Positions 1-10,764 of a DNA stretch of 64,000 nt are shown piece after piece; the stretch's first letter is position 1, and every line of letters begins with the position of its first letter. The position numbers were made by a program, and so were the translations under genes. Source of the stretch: an uncultured delta proteobacterium (GTDB lineage: Bacteria; Desulfobacterota; Syntrophia; Syntrophales; UBA5619); assembly GCA_963817385.1 (NCBI GenBank), contig CAWFOM010000005.1:288001-352000 (forward strand), given 5' to 3'. The notes under the pieces are model-generated. The model had not been told where the DNA came from and did not search any database. It was given only the letters and a program-made list of their open reading frames with translations.

Positions 1-2
1 AG

Positions 3-644
3 GCCCTCCGGGGCGTCAGTTTCGAGATCGAACCCGCCTCGTTCGTCTCTTTCGTCGGGCCTTCGGGGAGCGGCAAGACGACGCTCCTGAACCTCATCGG
101 CTGCCTCGACAAGCCGACCGAGGGGGCTTTGACGGTCGCCGACACGGACGTGGCCTCCCTGGACCGCAAGGCGAGCGCCGCGTTCCGGGGAAGCACGATC
201 GGCTTTATCTTTCAGGACTTCAACCTCCTGCCGGTTTTGACGGTGTACGAGAATATCGAATACCCCCTTCTCATGGTTCAAAAGGTCGCGCCCGGAGAAC
301 GGCGGCGACGGGTGACCGCCCTTCTGGAGGCCGTGGGGATGGCGGATCAGAAGGACAAATATCCCGACCAGATCTCCGGTGGGCAGAAGCAGCGGGTGGC
401 CATCGCCAGGGCGCTGGTGACCAACCCCAAACTGGTCCTGGCGGACGAACCGACCGCCAATCTGGATCATGATACCGCCTACATGGTTCTGAATCTGATG
501 AAGAAGATGCGGGACGAATTCAAGACCACCTTCATCTTTTCGACCCATGACCAGAAGATCGTCGGGGAGGCGGAAACCATCTTCACGCTCGAAGACGGCA
601 AAATCAACAACGCAAAGACCAAGGGAGGAAACGGCAATGGGTAA
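3..644 (+). CDS. ABC transporter ATP-binding protein, LolD/MacB-like (5' end outside window)
   Basis: Frame open from base 3; Walker [18 protein letters not shown] signature, LADEPT Walker B, STHD H-loop. Confidence 0.95.
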   Translation, partial: ALRGVSFEIEPASFVSFVGPSGSGKTTLLNLIGCLDKPTEGALTVADTDVASLDRKASAAFRGSTIGFIFQDFNLLPVLTVYENIEYPLLMVQKVAPGERRRRVTALLEAVGMADQKDKYPDQISGGQKQRVAIARALVTNPKLVLADEPTANLDHDTAYMVLNLMKKMRDEFKTTFIFSTHDQKIVGEAETIFTLEDGKINNAKTKGGNGNG

Positions 645-1876
645 TCTTTTCAAAATCGCGATCCGGAATCTGCTCCGGTACAAAAGACGAACGCTCCTGA
701 CCGCCTCCCTGATCACCGTCGGCGTGGTCTTCGTCCTGGCGTTCGTCTCCATTTCCGGCTCGTTCAAGAACATGATGATCGGCCAGATCACGGACTCCAT
801 GCTGGGACACCTGCAGGTGCACCGCAAAGGTTTTGTCGCCTCCATCGAGACCCTCCCCCTCAACCTCAACCTCAAGGAGGGCGCCATCGGCAGGCTGGAA
901 AAGATCCTGAACGCGCAGCCGGAGATCGAGGCCTATTCGCCGCGGGTGAAGTTCGGCGGCATGTTCAGCAATTTCACGGAGACGTCGAGCATCCGTTTGA
1001 CCGCGATCTATCCCGGAAAAGGAGTTCAAGACGGTTCCGCTTCTTCCCGGCAGGGTGACGGACGGTGTCAAGGACCTGAAACCCGGCGGCATCCTGATTC
1101 CGGAACTGCTGGCCCGGGGCATGAAGATCAAGCCCGGCGACGCGGTGGTCATCGTGGCCACCAACGCGGACGGCTCGGTCAACGGCAAGCAGTTCACCGT
1201 GACGGGCGTCCTGGAGAGCGCGACCGGTCCCGGCGGAAGGGACGGCTACCTCCACATGGACGACGCCCGGGAACTCCTGCGCATGGAGGGCCAGCAGGTG
1301 AGCGAATACGCCGTCCGGCTCAAGGACTTCGGAAAGCTGGCCGCCTTCGGCGAAAAGCTCGACGGCCTGCTCGCCAAGGAACTCAACCAGCAGGGCAAAC
1401 CGATCTTCGAGCTCCACACCTGGGAGAAGCTCTCGCCCTTCTTCAACATCGCCCGGATGATCGACGTGATGACCTTTTTCATCAAGCTCATGCTGATCGC
1501 CATCGTCCTGATCAGCATCATGAACGTGATGATCATGGCCGTGTATGAAAGGATCCGGGAGATCGGAACCATCGCGGCCATCGGCACGCTGCCCGGAAAG
1601 ATCCTGAACATGTTCGTGATCGAGGGATTCTGCATGGGGGTGGCGGGCGCCCTGATCGGCGATATCGTGGGGATCGCTCTCGTCTATATCCTGAATCTGT
1701 TCAAGATCAGTTACGACTTCGGCCAGCAGAAGGGGTTCATCCTCCAGGCCGGCGTCTCACCGGCCGACATCCTCGTGATCTCGGCCACGGTCATCATCGT
1801 CTCGGTCATCGCCAGTCTCCAGCCCGCCTTCAAGGCGTCGCGCATGGAGCCGATCCAGGCGCTCAGACATGTATAG
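637..1876 (+). CDS. ABC transporter permease, LolC/E-FtsX family (frameshift near 1013)
   Basis: N-terminus [19 protein letters not shown] joins ORF 1055..1876 (ERIREIGT, PAFKASRMEPIQALRH) if one base is removed in TATCCCGG. Confidence 0.88.
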
Positions 1877-1885
1877 GAGGCTTCC

Positions 1886-2620
1886 ATGCGGAACATGAAA
1901 TGGATCATCGTATTTTTATCGCTGCTCATTGCCCTGCCGGTTTATGCCGTCGACGGCACGGCGCTGTTGAAACAGGTGGACCGAAACCTCAGTCCCGAGA
2001 CCTATGAGTCCTACCGGAAGCTGATCAACATCGAGCCCGACGGCAAGAAAAAGGAGTTCACCCTCTTTACCGTCAAGAAGGGGATCGACAAGGTGGCCTC
2101 GCTGTTCATCGCCCCGGCGAGCGAGAAGGGGCGAAGCACCCTGCGGCTGGGCGACAACATGTGGCTTTACATCCCGAACGTCGGCAAGCCGATCCGGATC
2201 ACGAGCCTCCAGTCCGTCGTCGGCGGCGTCTTCAACAATGCCGACATCCTCCAGTTGGACTACGCCGCGGAATACGACGTGGAAAAGGTCGAGGAAACGG
2301 GAGGCGAATATCTCCTCTATCTCAAGGCGAAGACCAAGACCGTGGCCTATGACCGGCTGAAGATCTGGGCGGACAAGAAGAGCGTCCTGCCGACCAAGAT
2401 CGAATGCCTCACCGAGGCGAACATGCTGATCAAGACCCTCTATTTCAAGGACGTCAAGAACTTCGGCGGCGGGATCACGCGGCCGGCGGTGATCGAGACG
2501 GACAGCCCTCTCTACAAAGGCTACAAGTCGGTCATGATCTTCGCCGGGATCAAGAAGCGCGATTTCAAGGATGAGGTCTTCACCCTGACCTTCATGCCCA
2601 ACATCGAATCGCTACGGTAG
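1886..2620 (+). CDS. Outer-membrane lipoprotein-sorting (LolA-like) periplasmic protein
   Basis: Signal peptide, GDNMWLYIP motif, follows LolCDE-like genes, GGAGG RBS. Confidence 0.8.
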   Translation: MRNMKWIIVFLSLLIALPVYAVDGTALLKQVDRNLSPETYESYRKLINIEPDGKKKEFTLFTVKKGIDKVASLFIAPASEKGRSTLRLGDNMWLYIPNVGKPIRITSLQSVVGGVFNNADILQLDYAAEYDVEKVEETGGEYLLYLKAKTKTVAYDRLKIWADKKSVLPTKIECLTEANMLIKTLYFKDVKNFGGGITRPAVIETDSPLYKGYKSVMIFAGIKKRDFKDEVFTLTFMPNIESLR

Positions 2621-2739
2621 TGGTTTTTGGGGTAAAATTCTTCAATCTATGCGGATTAGACGGGGCGGCCGTTCGCTTGGCGGCGGCCGACCGCCCCTGT
2701 CGGCGGACCCGACGGCTGGGCTTGTTGTGGGGGGAACGG

Positions 2740-4183
2740 ATGGACCAAAAATCAATCGTGATCGGTAAAAGGCTACCCCGGCGACGGCTTTTCGCCTGGG
2801 TGTGCGATACCCATCATCTTCTTGAGCCTTCTTCTCCTCTGGCCGCTTTCTCTTCGCGCCGAGGAGACCTACACGTTCGACCCCAGTGAAATCGAGAAGA
2901 AACCCTACCATTTCGGCGGGTATGTGGAGATGAAACCGACGATCTTCCAAACCCGCCAAGATTCCTCCCTCTACCGTCTGAAGTATTACAGCCGGGACCT
3001 CGGGGAGACGCTGGAGGAGGCCAATTTCAAGCTCCAGCTTGAGGGGAGCTATGAAAAGGGGATCACCCGCCTCTATTTCAAGACCAACACGGATTACAAA
3101 CTCTCGCGGCTGGGAGATCAGGAGAAGACGGATCTCTATGAGGGGTTTCTCTCCCTGAACCCCTCCTCTGCCTGGAAGATCGACGCTGGCAAGAAGACCT
3201 TCAAGTGGGGGAAGGGGTACGCCTGGAACCCCGTGGCGTTCATCGACCGTCCCAAGGACCCCGACGATCCCGAGGTCGGCATGGAGGGGGTCTTTGCGGT
3301 ATCGGCCGACTACACGAAGAGCTTCGACGGGCCGCTCAAGACCGTCTCGTTCACCCCGGTCCTTCAGCCCGTCTACGACCACATCAACGCCGAGTTCGGA
3401 AAGAAAGACTATGTGAATCTGGCCGGCAAGCTCTACCTGCTCCTGTACGACACGGACATCGATCTGATCTTCTTGACGGGCGGAAGCCGGACGACCCGTT
3501 ACGGGGCGGACTTCTCAAGGAATATCGGGACGAACTGGGAGATCCACGGGGAAGTGGCCCACATCAAGGATTTCCGGGCGAACCTGATCGATCCGACGGG
3601 AAAGGTTTCGACGGTGGAATACGATGCGACGAGTTTTCTGTTGGGGACGAGATACCTGACCGCCCAAGACACGACCTACATCCTGGAATACTACCGGAAC
3701 GGCACGGGGTTTTCCGAGAATGAGATGAAGGATTTCTTCGGTTTCGTCAATGACGCCTATCGGACTTATACGGCGACCGGCAACGACGCCGCCCTGCAGA
3801 AGGCCGCAACACTCTCCGAAGGCAATTACGGCCGGGCAAACCCCCTGCGCGATTACCTCTATTTGCGGATCGCCCAGAAGGAGCCCTTCGACATCCTCTA
3901 TTTCAACCCGGCGATCACGACGATCCTCAACCTCAACGACCGGAGCTTCACGGTCTCCCCCGAAATGACCTACACGGGGATCACGAATCTGGATCTGCGC
4001 CTCAAGGCGAGCTTCATCAACGGCCCGAAAGAGAGCGAGTATGGGGAAAAACCGTTTGACTTCAAACTGGAGCTGCGGGTCGGGTACTATTTTTTTAGGC
4101 CTGAACCTGAGATGATTACCATGGCCGTCTTTGACAATGCAGAAGGATCATGGGATAATTCCATCATAATCAGCAGTGATTAG
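2740..4183 (+). CDS. Probable outer-membrane beta-barrel protein; signal peptide frameshifted near 2803; true end probably near 4098
   Basis: WGKGYAWNP motif; ELRVGYYF resembles a beta-signal and is followed by a T-run then AG; ORF tail beyond it translates a promoter repeat. Confidence 0.65.
4131..4159 (+). promoter_or_regulatory. sigma70-type promoter (copy 1 of duplicated cassette)
   Basis: TTGACA-17 nt-GATAAT with TG extended -10. Confidence 0.7.
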
Positions 4184-4195
4184 TAAACCTATGAT

Positions 4196-4333
4196 CAGCT
4201 ATTGTTCACGGAAGCCGGAGTATCCAATGAGCGACTTGCAAGAGAGATCGTCGAACAAAGAAAGGCAGAGGAGGCGCTGAAGGAGAGCGAGGAGACTTTA
4301 CCGAGTGCAATACAAGGAAGTAGGGAATCATGA
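4196..4333 (+). pseudogene. Remnant of sensor kinase/PAS linker
   Basis: Translates NERLAREIVEQRKAEEALKESEE; in-frame stop just upstream at 4184; no kinase domain. Confidence 0.45.
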
Positions 4334-4899
4334 CAAAGGAAGAAAAGATTGAAGCCATAAAGCAGCGGGCCAGAAAGAATTTTACACTGGGGTACAATTG
4401 TGCGGAATGTGTAACCGAGGCAGTGCTCAGTCAGATTGACACGGGCCTTCCTCCTGAAGTTAAGAAAGTGGCCACGGGTTTCGGCGGGGGCGTCGGGCTC
4501 TTCGGCGATACCTGCGGGGCTATCGCAGGCGCAGTCATTGCTGTTGGCGCGGTACATGGCCGTAGCGCCCTACCGGAAGGGGAAGGAAAAGAGGCGGTGA
4601 AAAAGTCGGCCAATCAATTATATGGGAGACCGGGACTTTATCGCCTTTTCAATCAGATCCCGAATAAATTCAAAGATAAATACGGTTTTACCTTGTGCCG
4701 GGATCTGACATCTAAATGGCAGAAGAGCTGGCTCTGTCGTGATCATGCCTTTCATTGCCGGGAGATTATCACCGATGCGGCGGCCATTGCCGCGGAACTG
4801 ATCATGACGGAACGGAATGAAGCCGCCTCCCGACCCTTTGGCAGCAACGTGGAAAACCTCAAGGATCCCGGCGCCGATCAATCCAACAAGGTGACCTGA
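4330..4899 (+). CDS. C-GCAxxG-C-C family putative redox protein
   Basis: YNCAEC, GFGGG, TCGAIAGA, LCRDL and terminal Cys. Confidence 0.9.
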   Translation: MTKEEKIEAIKQRARKNFTLGYNCAECVTEAVLSQIDTGLPPEVKKVATGFGGGVGLFGDTCGAIAGAVIAVGAVHGRSALPEGEGKEAVKKSANQLYGRPGLYRLFNQIPNKFKDKYGFTLCRDLTSKWQKSWLCRDHAFHCREIITDAAAIAAELIMTERNEAASRPFGSNVENLKDPGADQSNKVT

Positions 4900-4986
4900 G
4901 GAACAGCACAGGGAGCAGGTTGCTCCTGATTGCATCGCCGATCCTAAAAACTCTCCTCTGACCGGCGTCTTTTTGCAGAGACCCGG

Positions 4987-5136
4987 TCAGCTCTTCGTTT
5001 CTTCCGATTTCTTTTTTCCGCCCTCACCGGAGCAGCCCTGGCGCATTCAGCCCGGCCCTCCCCGTCTCGGGATGCGCCACCCCAGGAGAAGGTACCAGAG
5101 GACCACCGTGATCAGCAATAACCAAACCCAGCTCAT
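4987..5136 (-). CDS. Small single-TM candidate selenoprotein B (49 aa, Sec30)
   Basis: MSWVWLLLITVVLWYLLLGWRIPRRGGPG-UGA-MRQGCSGEGGKKKSEETKS; ATGA overlap with upstream paralog; hairpin after UGA. Confidence 0.75.
5018..5035 (-). promoter_or_regulatory. SECIS-like hairpin of gene B
   Basis: CUGCUC-CGGUGA-GGGCGG, loop 17 nt after UGA (5047-5049). Confidence 0.6.
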
Positions 5137-5327
5137 TTCGCTTCCCCTGACGTTTTGTGTTCCTGGGCATCGGCACCCAGGCGAGAGGACTCGTCACTAT
5201 CCTTCTTGCTGCTCTCGACCGAGCAGCCTTGGCGCATTCAGGTCGAAATGCCCAATCGGGGCAACAGCCACCCTTGGACAAAAAACCACACCGCGACAAA
5301 GATAACCAACATTATAAGATCATTCAT
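5133..5327 (-). CDS. Small single-TM candidate selenoprotein A (64 aa, Sec30)
   Basis: MNDLIMLVIFVAVWFFVQGWLLPRLGIST-UGA-MRQGCSVESSKKD...GEAK; GAGGGG RBS; hairpin after UGA. Confidence 0.8.
5208..5227 (-). promoter_or_regulatory. SECIS-like hairpin of gene A
   Basis: Perfect 7-bp stem GCUGCUC-GGUCGA-GAGCAGC, loop 17 nt after UGA (5238-5240). Confidence 0.7.
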
Positions 5328-5383
5328 TTTCCCCTCATTTGTTCTCCCTTTTTTCAGTGGGCGTTCACGCCTCAGCCGTCCGG

Positions 5384-5722
5384 TTATCCGGGAAGGTTCC
5401 GGTCGATGAACGCTGCAAGTTTGTCCTTTGTCGTGAGGCCGACGAGGGTCTCTCGGACTTTTCCTTCTCGGATGAAAAGCATCGTCGGTATGCTCCGGAC
5501 CCCATAATTCGCAGCAGTTTTCGGAGATTCATCCACATTCACCTTGATCACATTGGCTCGCCCGTCGTACTCCTTGCCGATATCTTCCAGGATAGGCGCG
5601 AGGGCTCTGCAGGGTCCGCACCAGGGCGCCCAGAAATCGACCAGCGCGGGCCGGTCCGTTTTCAACACTACCGACTTAAAGGTGTTGTCATCGGCGTGTC
5701 CGACTAACTCTTTCGTTTCCAT
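5384..5722 (-). CDS. trxA: Thioredoxin
   Basis: DFWAPWCGPC active site, VRSIPT cis-Pro loop, GGAGG RBS. Confidence 0.95.
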   Translation of the reverse strand: METKELVGHADDNTFKSVVLKTDRPALVDFWAPWCGPCRALAPILEDIGKEYDGRANVIKVNVDESPKTAANYGVRSIPTMLFIREGKVRETLVGLTTKDKLAAFIDRNLPG

Positions 5723-5796
5723 TTTTTCCTCCATTCGCATTTGTTGTATTGATCGTTCCGCTGTTCGCGTGTTGCGATTATCCCGGTTACGGCTAC

Positions 5797-5838
5797 ATCA
5801 TACCCCCGGTTCGGAGGGTTGTCATTGATCCAAATCAA
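5797..5838 (-). promoter_or_regulatory. Class II CRP/FNR-family promoter of trx operon
   Basis: TTGAT-CCAA-ATCAA at 5825-5838 overlapping -35 ATGACA; 17 nt spacer; -10 TATGAT. Confidence 0.7.
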
Positions 5839-6061
5839 CGACAGAAATATTTCGAGAGGTGTCCAACCGGCCTACCGATCCGGTAAATCTCCAGAGATTG
5901 GAGCAGCCGGCGAAGGGTTCTATTCAGATGGGTGTCATTTCGCTAGTTGAGCTCCCATCACACTTTCAGCGGGTGTGGTGCACAAAAAATTGGATTGATG
6001 CAAAAGGGAAATGGGAAACGTCCTATTTCATCTGAAGTGGTAGAGTTTGTGAGTATTCATA

Positions 6062-6078
6062 GGTAGGTATTGTCTACC
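6062..6078. promoter_or_regulatory. Palindromic GGTAG-N7-CTACC motif
   Basis: GGTAG GTATTGT CTACC; related copies at 27629, 27764, 30566. Confidence 0.55.
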
Positions 6079-6216
6079 ATTTTGCCCTGATTAAATCCTC
6101 ATTTCTTAGCATTAAATGTGTGAAGTATATTTAGAGGACTCTATCAATCTAAACAGCACGGGATGACTGGAAGATTTTTTTGGGGGTACAACGAAAATCA
6201 TATAAAGGAGGTATTT

Positions 6217-6670
6217 ATGCCTAAAATTATCCGATTCCGGCAATTTCACAAAATCATTTTCATAACTCCAGTGGCGGGGCTGATATTTTTTTCTTTCCTC
6301 GCCCTTCCATCTTCAGCAAAAGAGAACAACGGATTTCAGCACGGCCATTATCCAGGTGGCAAAACAAAACATACCAGCCGTGGTGCACATCGAAGTCACA
6401 GAACGGCAGGAGGTGGTAAATCCCCTCCTACCATTCGGAAACGATCCCTTCTTCCGCCGGTTCTTTAACATTCCTCAGATGCCCCGGAAATTTAAACGCG
6501 AAATGAAAGGATTAGGTTCGGGAATGATCATGGATCTGCCGCTTGACGAGCCTGTCAGGGCTGCAAAACATTACCGGAAGGCGACGGCTGTCCAGATACG
6601 CGATGCCTACGGGAAATGGATGCGTCCCGAGGATTTTGTCCAGGTTACGGAGGGACCGAACCCCGATTAG
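6217..6670 (+). pseudogene. Truncated degP/htrA N-terminus fused to an unrelated (M16 peptidase-like) C-terminus
   Basis: AKQNIPAVVHIEV...GLGSGMIMD closely matches DegP at 26063..27502; stops before catalytic His; frameshift near 6330. Confidence 0.8.
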
Positions 6671-6680
6671 GTGTGATTTT

Positions 6681-9239
6681 ATGAATAAAAATATCACACG
6701 ATATTCAGGTGTTGTCTTTAGCTCTCTCTTTTTTATCCTTGCTTTGGCGGTCTTGTATCACGAGCTTAGGGACCATCATCTACACGATATTATCGGTCAA
6801 CTGAAAAACCTCTCTTCATTGAGAGTTTTCATTGCTGTTTTGTTGACCATCCTCAATTATCTGGTTATGACCGGGTATGATTTCCTGGCTTTCCATTTTA
6901 TCAATCGCCCCGTCGCATACAGAAAAATCGCCACCGTATCGCTCATCAGCTATGCATTCAGCAATAACATGGGGTTGTTCATGTTCGGCGGCGCTCCGGT
7001 GAGGTATCGCCTCTACTCACCCATAGGGTTTTCCGCCGTCGATATAACGAATGTCGTCAGTCTTCTGTAGTCTCAGCCTGTGGATCGGTTTTCTGACGCT
7101 GGGCGGAGTCGTCTTCCTCACGGGACATCTCACTATCCCCCATATGTTTAACCTCCCCCTTATTCCGGTCCGTCTGATCGGGGTACTTTTTCTCAGCCTT
7201 GTAAGCGGGTATCTCCTGACGAACGCCTTCAGGAAAGAACCGCTGAAAATAGGGAAGTGGGGTTTCCCCCTCATACCGGTCAAGCTTTCTCTATTGCAGA
7301 TACTATTCTCTGCCGCTGATTGGGCATTAACCGGGTTGATACTGTATTTATTTCTTCCTTCTCCGGCGAGTCTTTCCTATCCTGAGTTTCTCGGCGTCTT
7401 TCTCCTCGCTCAGCTTATCGGTATCGTCAGCACTGTCCCGGGCGGTCTGGGCGTTTTCGAAACCGTCATGCTTATTATGCTTTCCCCTGTTGAAGCACCT
7501 GCGTCGATCGTGGCCGCCCTTCTTTTATTCCGGGGAATATTTTACCTGCTTCCGCTGGTGCTGTCTATCGCGGCCATGGTCGCCGGCGAGATTATGCAGA
7601 GAAAGGCGGTCGCCAAGAAAGCGGCCCATTATCTCGGAGGATGGGTTTCCCGACTTGCACCCCATGCACTTTCTTTTGCTACCTTCGCCAGCGGCATGAT
7701 CCTTCTTTTTTCCGTTGCCACGCCTGCAGCGCATAGCCGACTCGCCTGGCTGACAGATTTTGTGCCGCTCCCGATCCTGGAACTCTCCCATTTCCTCGCC
7801 AGCCTGTCGGGGGTCGGACTCATCCTCCTCGCCAGGGGCTTGCAGAGAAGGCTCGACGGGGCGTATGTCCTCACCGTGATTCTGCTGGGTGCAGGCGCAG
7901 TTTTTGCCTTGCTGAAGGGATTCGATTACGAAGAAGCGGTTCTTCTGACGGTCATGTTAATTGCCCTTCTCAACTCACGGCAGTATTTTTACCGCAAATC
8001 ATCCCTTCTCAATCAGCGGTTTACTCCCGGCTGGATAGCGGCGTTAACACTGACAATGGTCGCTTCTCTCTGGCTGGGTGTATTTGCCTTCCGGCATGTT
8101 GAATATGCCCATGACCTCTGGTGGCAGTTTGCCTTTTCGGGAGATGCCCCCCGTTCTCTGCGGGCCATGGTGGGAGCGCTTTCGGTCATCCTTTTTTTTG
8201 CTCTCGGCCAAGCTGCTCTCGCCGGCTATCAAGAAACCGCAACTCCCCGGCAGGGATGAACTGGAAAAGGCCAAACTCATCATTGAAAAATCCCCAGAGA
8301 CCATCGGCTATCTCGCCCTCCTGGAAGACAAGGCGCTCCTGTTCAACAAACGGGAAAACGCCTTCATCATGTATGGCATAGAGCGGAGGAGCTGGATCGC
8401 CATGGGGGATCCGATCGGACCTGCTTCCGAACATGAGGAACTTATCTGGCAGTTCCGCGAGTTCACCGACAGGTATGATGGTTGGCCCGTCTTCTACCAG
8501 ATCCACGAAGAGAATATCCCGATTTATGTGGACCTCGGACTTGCCCTCCTGAAACTCGGCGAAGAAGGCATTGTTCCTCTTGGCGGACTTCTCCCTCGAC
8601 GATGGCAGGAAAAGCGAGCTTCGGCGTACGCTTCACAAATTTGACCGACAAGGATATACGTTTGAAATCGTACCAAAAGCACAGGTGCCCCTCCTGATCC
8701 AGGAATTCAGGACCATATCGGACGCCTGGCTGGCGGAGAAACATGCCCGGGAGAAGGGGTTTTCCCTGGGATTTTTCAAGGAAGAGTATCTCAACCTCTT
8801 TCCCGCGGCCGTCGTCCGCAAGGAAGACAAAATCATCGCCTTTGCCAATATCCTGTCCGGCGCCGAAAAGCAGGAACTTTCTCTTGATTTGATGCGTCAT
8901 TATCCGGATGCCCCGAATGGGACCATGGATTATCTGTTTACCAACCTCATGCTCTGGGGAAAAGAGGCGGGTTACCAACGGTTCACTCTCGGCATGGCGC
9001 CTCTGGCAGGCATCAGCGATAATCAACTCGCCCCTTTCATAAACCGGCTGGAAGCTTTTTTATACCGCCATGGCGAGCACTTCTATAATTTTCAGGGACT
9101 GCGGGACTATAAGGATAAATTCGGACCGCAATGGGAGCCCCGGTATCTGGCCTCGCCGGGTGGATTTTCGCTGCCCCTGGTTATCACCGATATTGCGGCC
9201 CTCATTTCCCGGGGGCTGAAAGGCGTGATCTTGAAATGA
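6681..9239 (+). CDS. mprF: Bifunctional aminoacyl-phosphatidylglycerol flippase/synthase (frameshifts near 7055, 8195, 8583)
   Basis: Multi-TM N-terminus with VPGGLGVFE; WIAMGDPIG, KLGEEG, EKGFSLG, LDLMR, FYNFQGLRDYKDKF across four consecutive ORFs. Confidence 0.92.
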
Positions 9240-10634
9240 AGATGCGCATCATCGTGATTATGGCAATGGTAAGCTTCTGCTGTATGGAAGCGAATGCATT
9301 TTCCGAAGAGTCGCTCCGGTTCGGGCGATTCGGCGCCGTCACTATTTATAAAACAGCCCCTCATCCCTCACGCGTGGTTCTCTTTGTATCCGGAGATGGC
9401 GGTTGGAACAAAGGCGTGGTGGATATGGCAAGAGAGCTCGCCACCATGGATGCGCTGGTAGTCGGCATTGATATCACTCATTACCTGAGAGAGCTTTCTT
9501 CATCACGGGAAAATTGTTCCTACCCGGCTGCGGATTTCGAAGCGCTGAGCAAATACATCCAGCAAAAATTCGCCTTCCCGAACTATGTTCAGCCTCTCCT
9601 GGTGGGATATTCTTCCGGAGCGACACTCGTCTACGCCACGCTTGTCCAGTCGCCGCCCAATACCTTTTCCGCCGCCGTCAGCATGGGATTTTGTCCTGAC
9701 CTGCCGCTGCAGAAACCCTTCTGCCGCGGATACGGACTGGAATGGAACCCGGGACCGAAGGGTAAAGGATACAGCTTCCTTCCCGCAAAACACCTGCCAT
9801 CCCCCTGGATAGCCTTTCAGGGAACGATCGATCAGGTATGCGATGCCGCCCTCGTGGAAAAATATGTGAAGCAGGTTGCCGCGGGGGAAATCGTCTTGCT
9901 GCCCAAAGTCGGACATGGATTTTCCGTGCCGCGAAACTGGTTGCCTCAGTTCCGGAAAACTGTTCAGCACATCTTTGAGAACCCATCGGCCGGACCATCG
10001 CCTGTACCTGACAACCTCAAAGACCTGCCTCTGGTGGAAGTGAAATCCGCCGACATGGGAAAGGATGTTTTTGCCGTCATCATTTCCGGCGACGGCGGCT
10101 GGGCGGGAATCGACCGGGAAGTCGCGCAGGCGCTCTCGGAAAAAGGGATTCCCGTTGTGGGATTGAATGCCCTACAGTATTTCTGGAAACCTCGCACGCC
10201 AGAGGGTACGGCCCATGACCTGGAACGTATCATCAGGCATTATCTCGATTTCTGGAACATGAAACGGGTCATCCTCATCGGCTATTCTCTGGGCGCCGAT
10301 GTCCTGCCCTTCCTCGTCAGCAGAATGCCCGATGAATTAAAAAATTCTATCGGACTTGTAGCTCTCATCGGTCCCGGCCATACCGCGGAATTCGAATTTC
10401 ACTTCACCGACTGGATCGGGAGGGCGCCTCAGGGGAAAACGTACCCCCTTCTCCCGGAAGTGAAAAAACTGGCAGGAATAAAGATCCTTTGCTTCTCCGG
10501 CGATAAGGAAAAGGATACGCTCTGCACCGATTCAGCGCTCGAAAATGTCAAGAGTCGTATCCCTTGCCGGCGGGCATCACTTTGGAGGCGATTATCGGGG
10601 AATCGCGGAAGTGATCCTCAAGGAATTGCCATAG
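9236..10634 (+). CDS. acvB: AcvB/VirJ family lysyl-PG hydrolase (frameshift near 10551)
   Basis: Two SGDGGW motifs, GYSSGA/GYSLGAD, C-terminal GGHHFGGDY in shifted frame; overlaps mprF stop. Confidence 0.88.
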
Positions 10635-10764
10635 TGGTTCATTACGGGTTCTATCAGGATGGTGGGCGGCAGGCGGTGGGGAAAGAAGCGATCTTTCCAT
10701 GAGAGACAATTTCATCTGCCCTGTGTTATTAAGCAGATTACTTTTGTGATTCTGGAAGAGGGTC

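Noticed and set aside
4973..5507. ORF-track calls over the trx downstream region (4973+, 5024-, 5155+, 5157+)
   Set aside because: Shadow frames; the repeated EQPWRIQ peptide is the antisense of the duplicated UGA-MRQGC segment
6681..9239. mprF as pseudogene or phase-variable gene (T-run near 8192)
   Set aside because: Indels are spread across the window and all motifs are intact; cannot be separated from sequencing error
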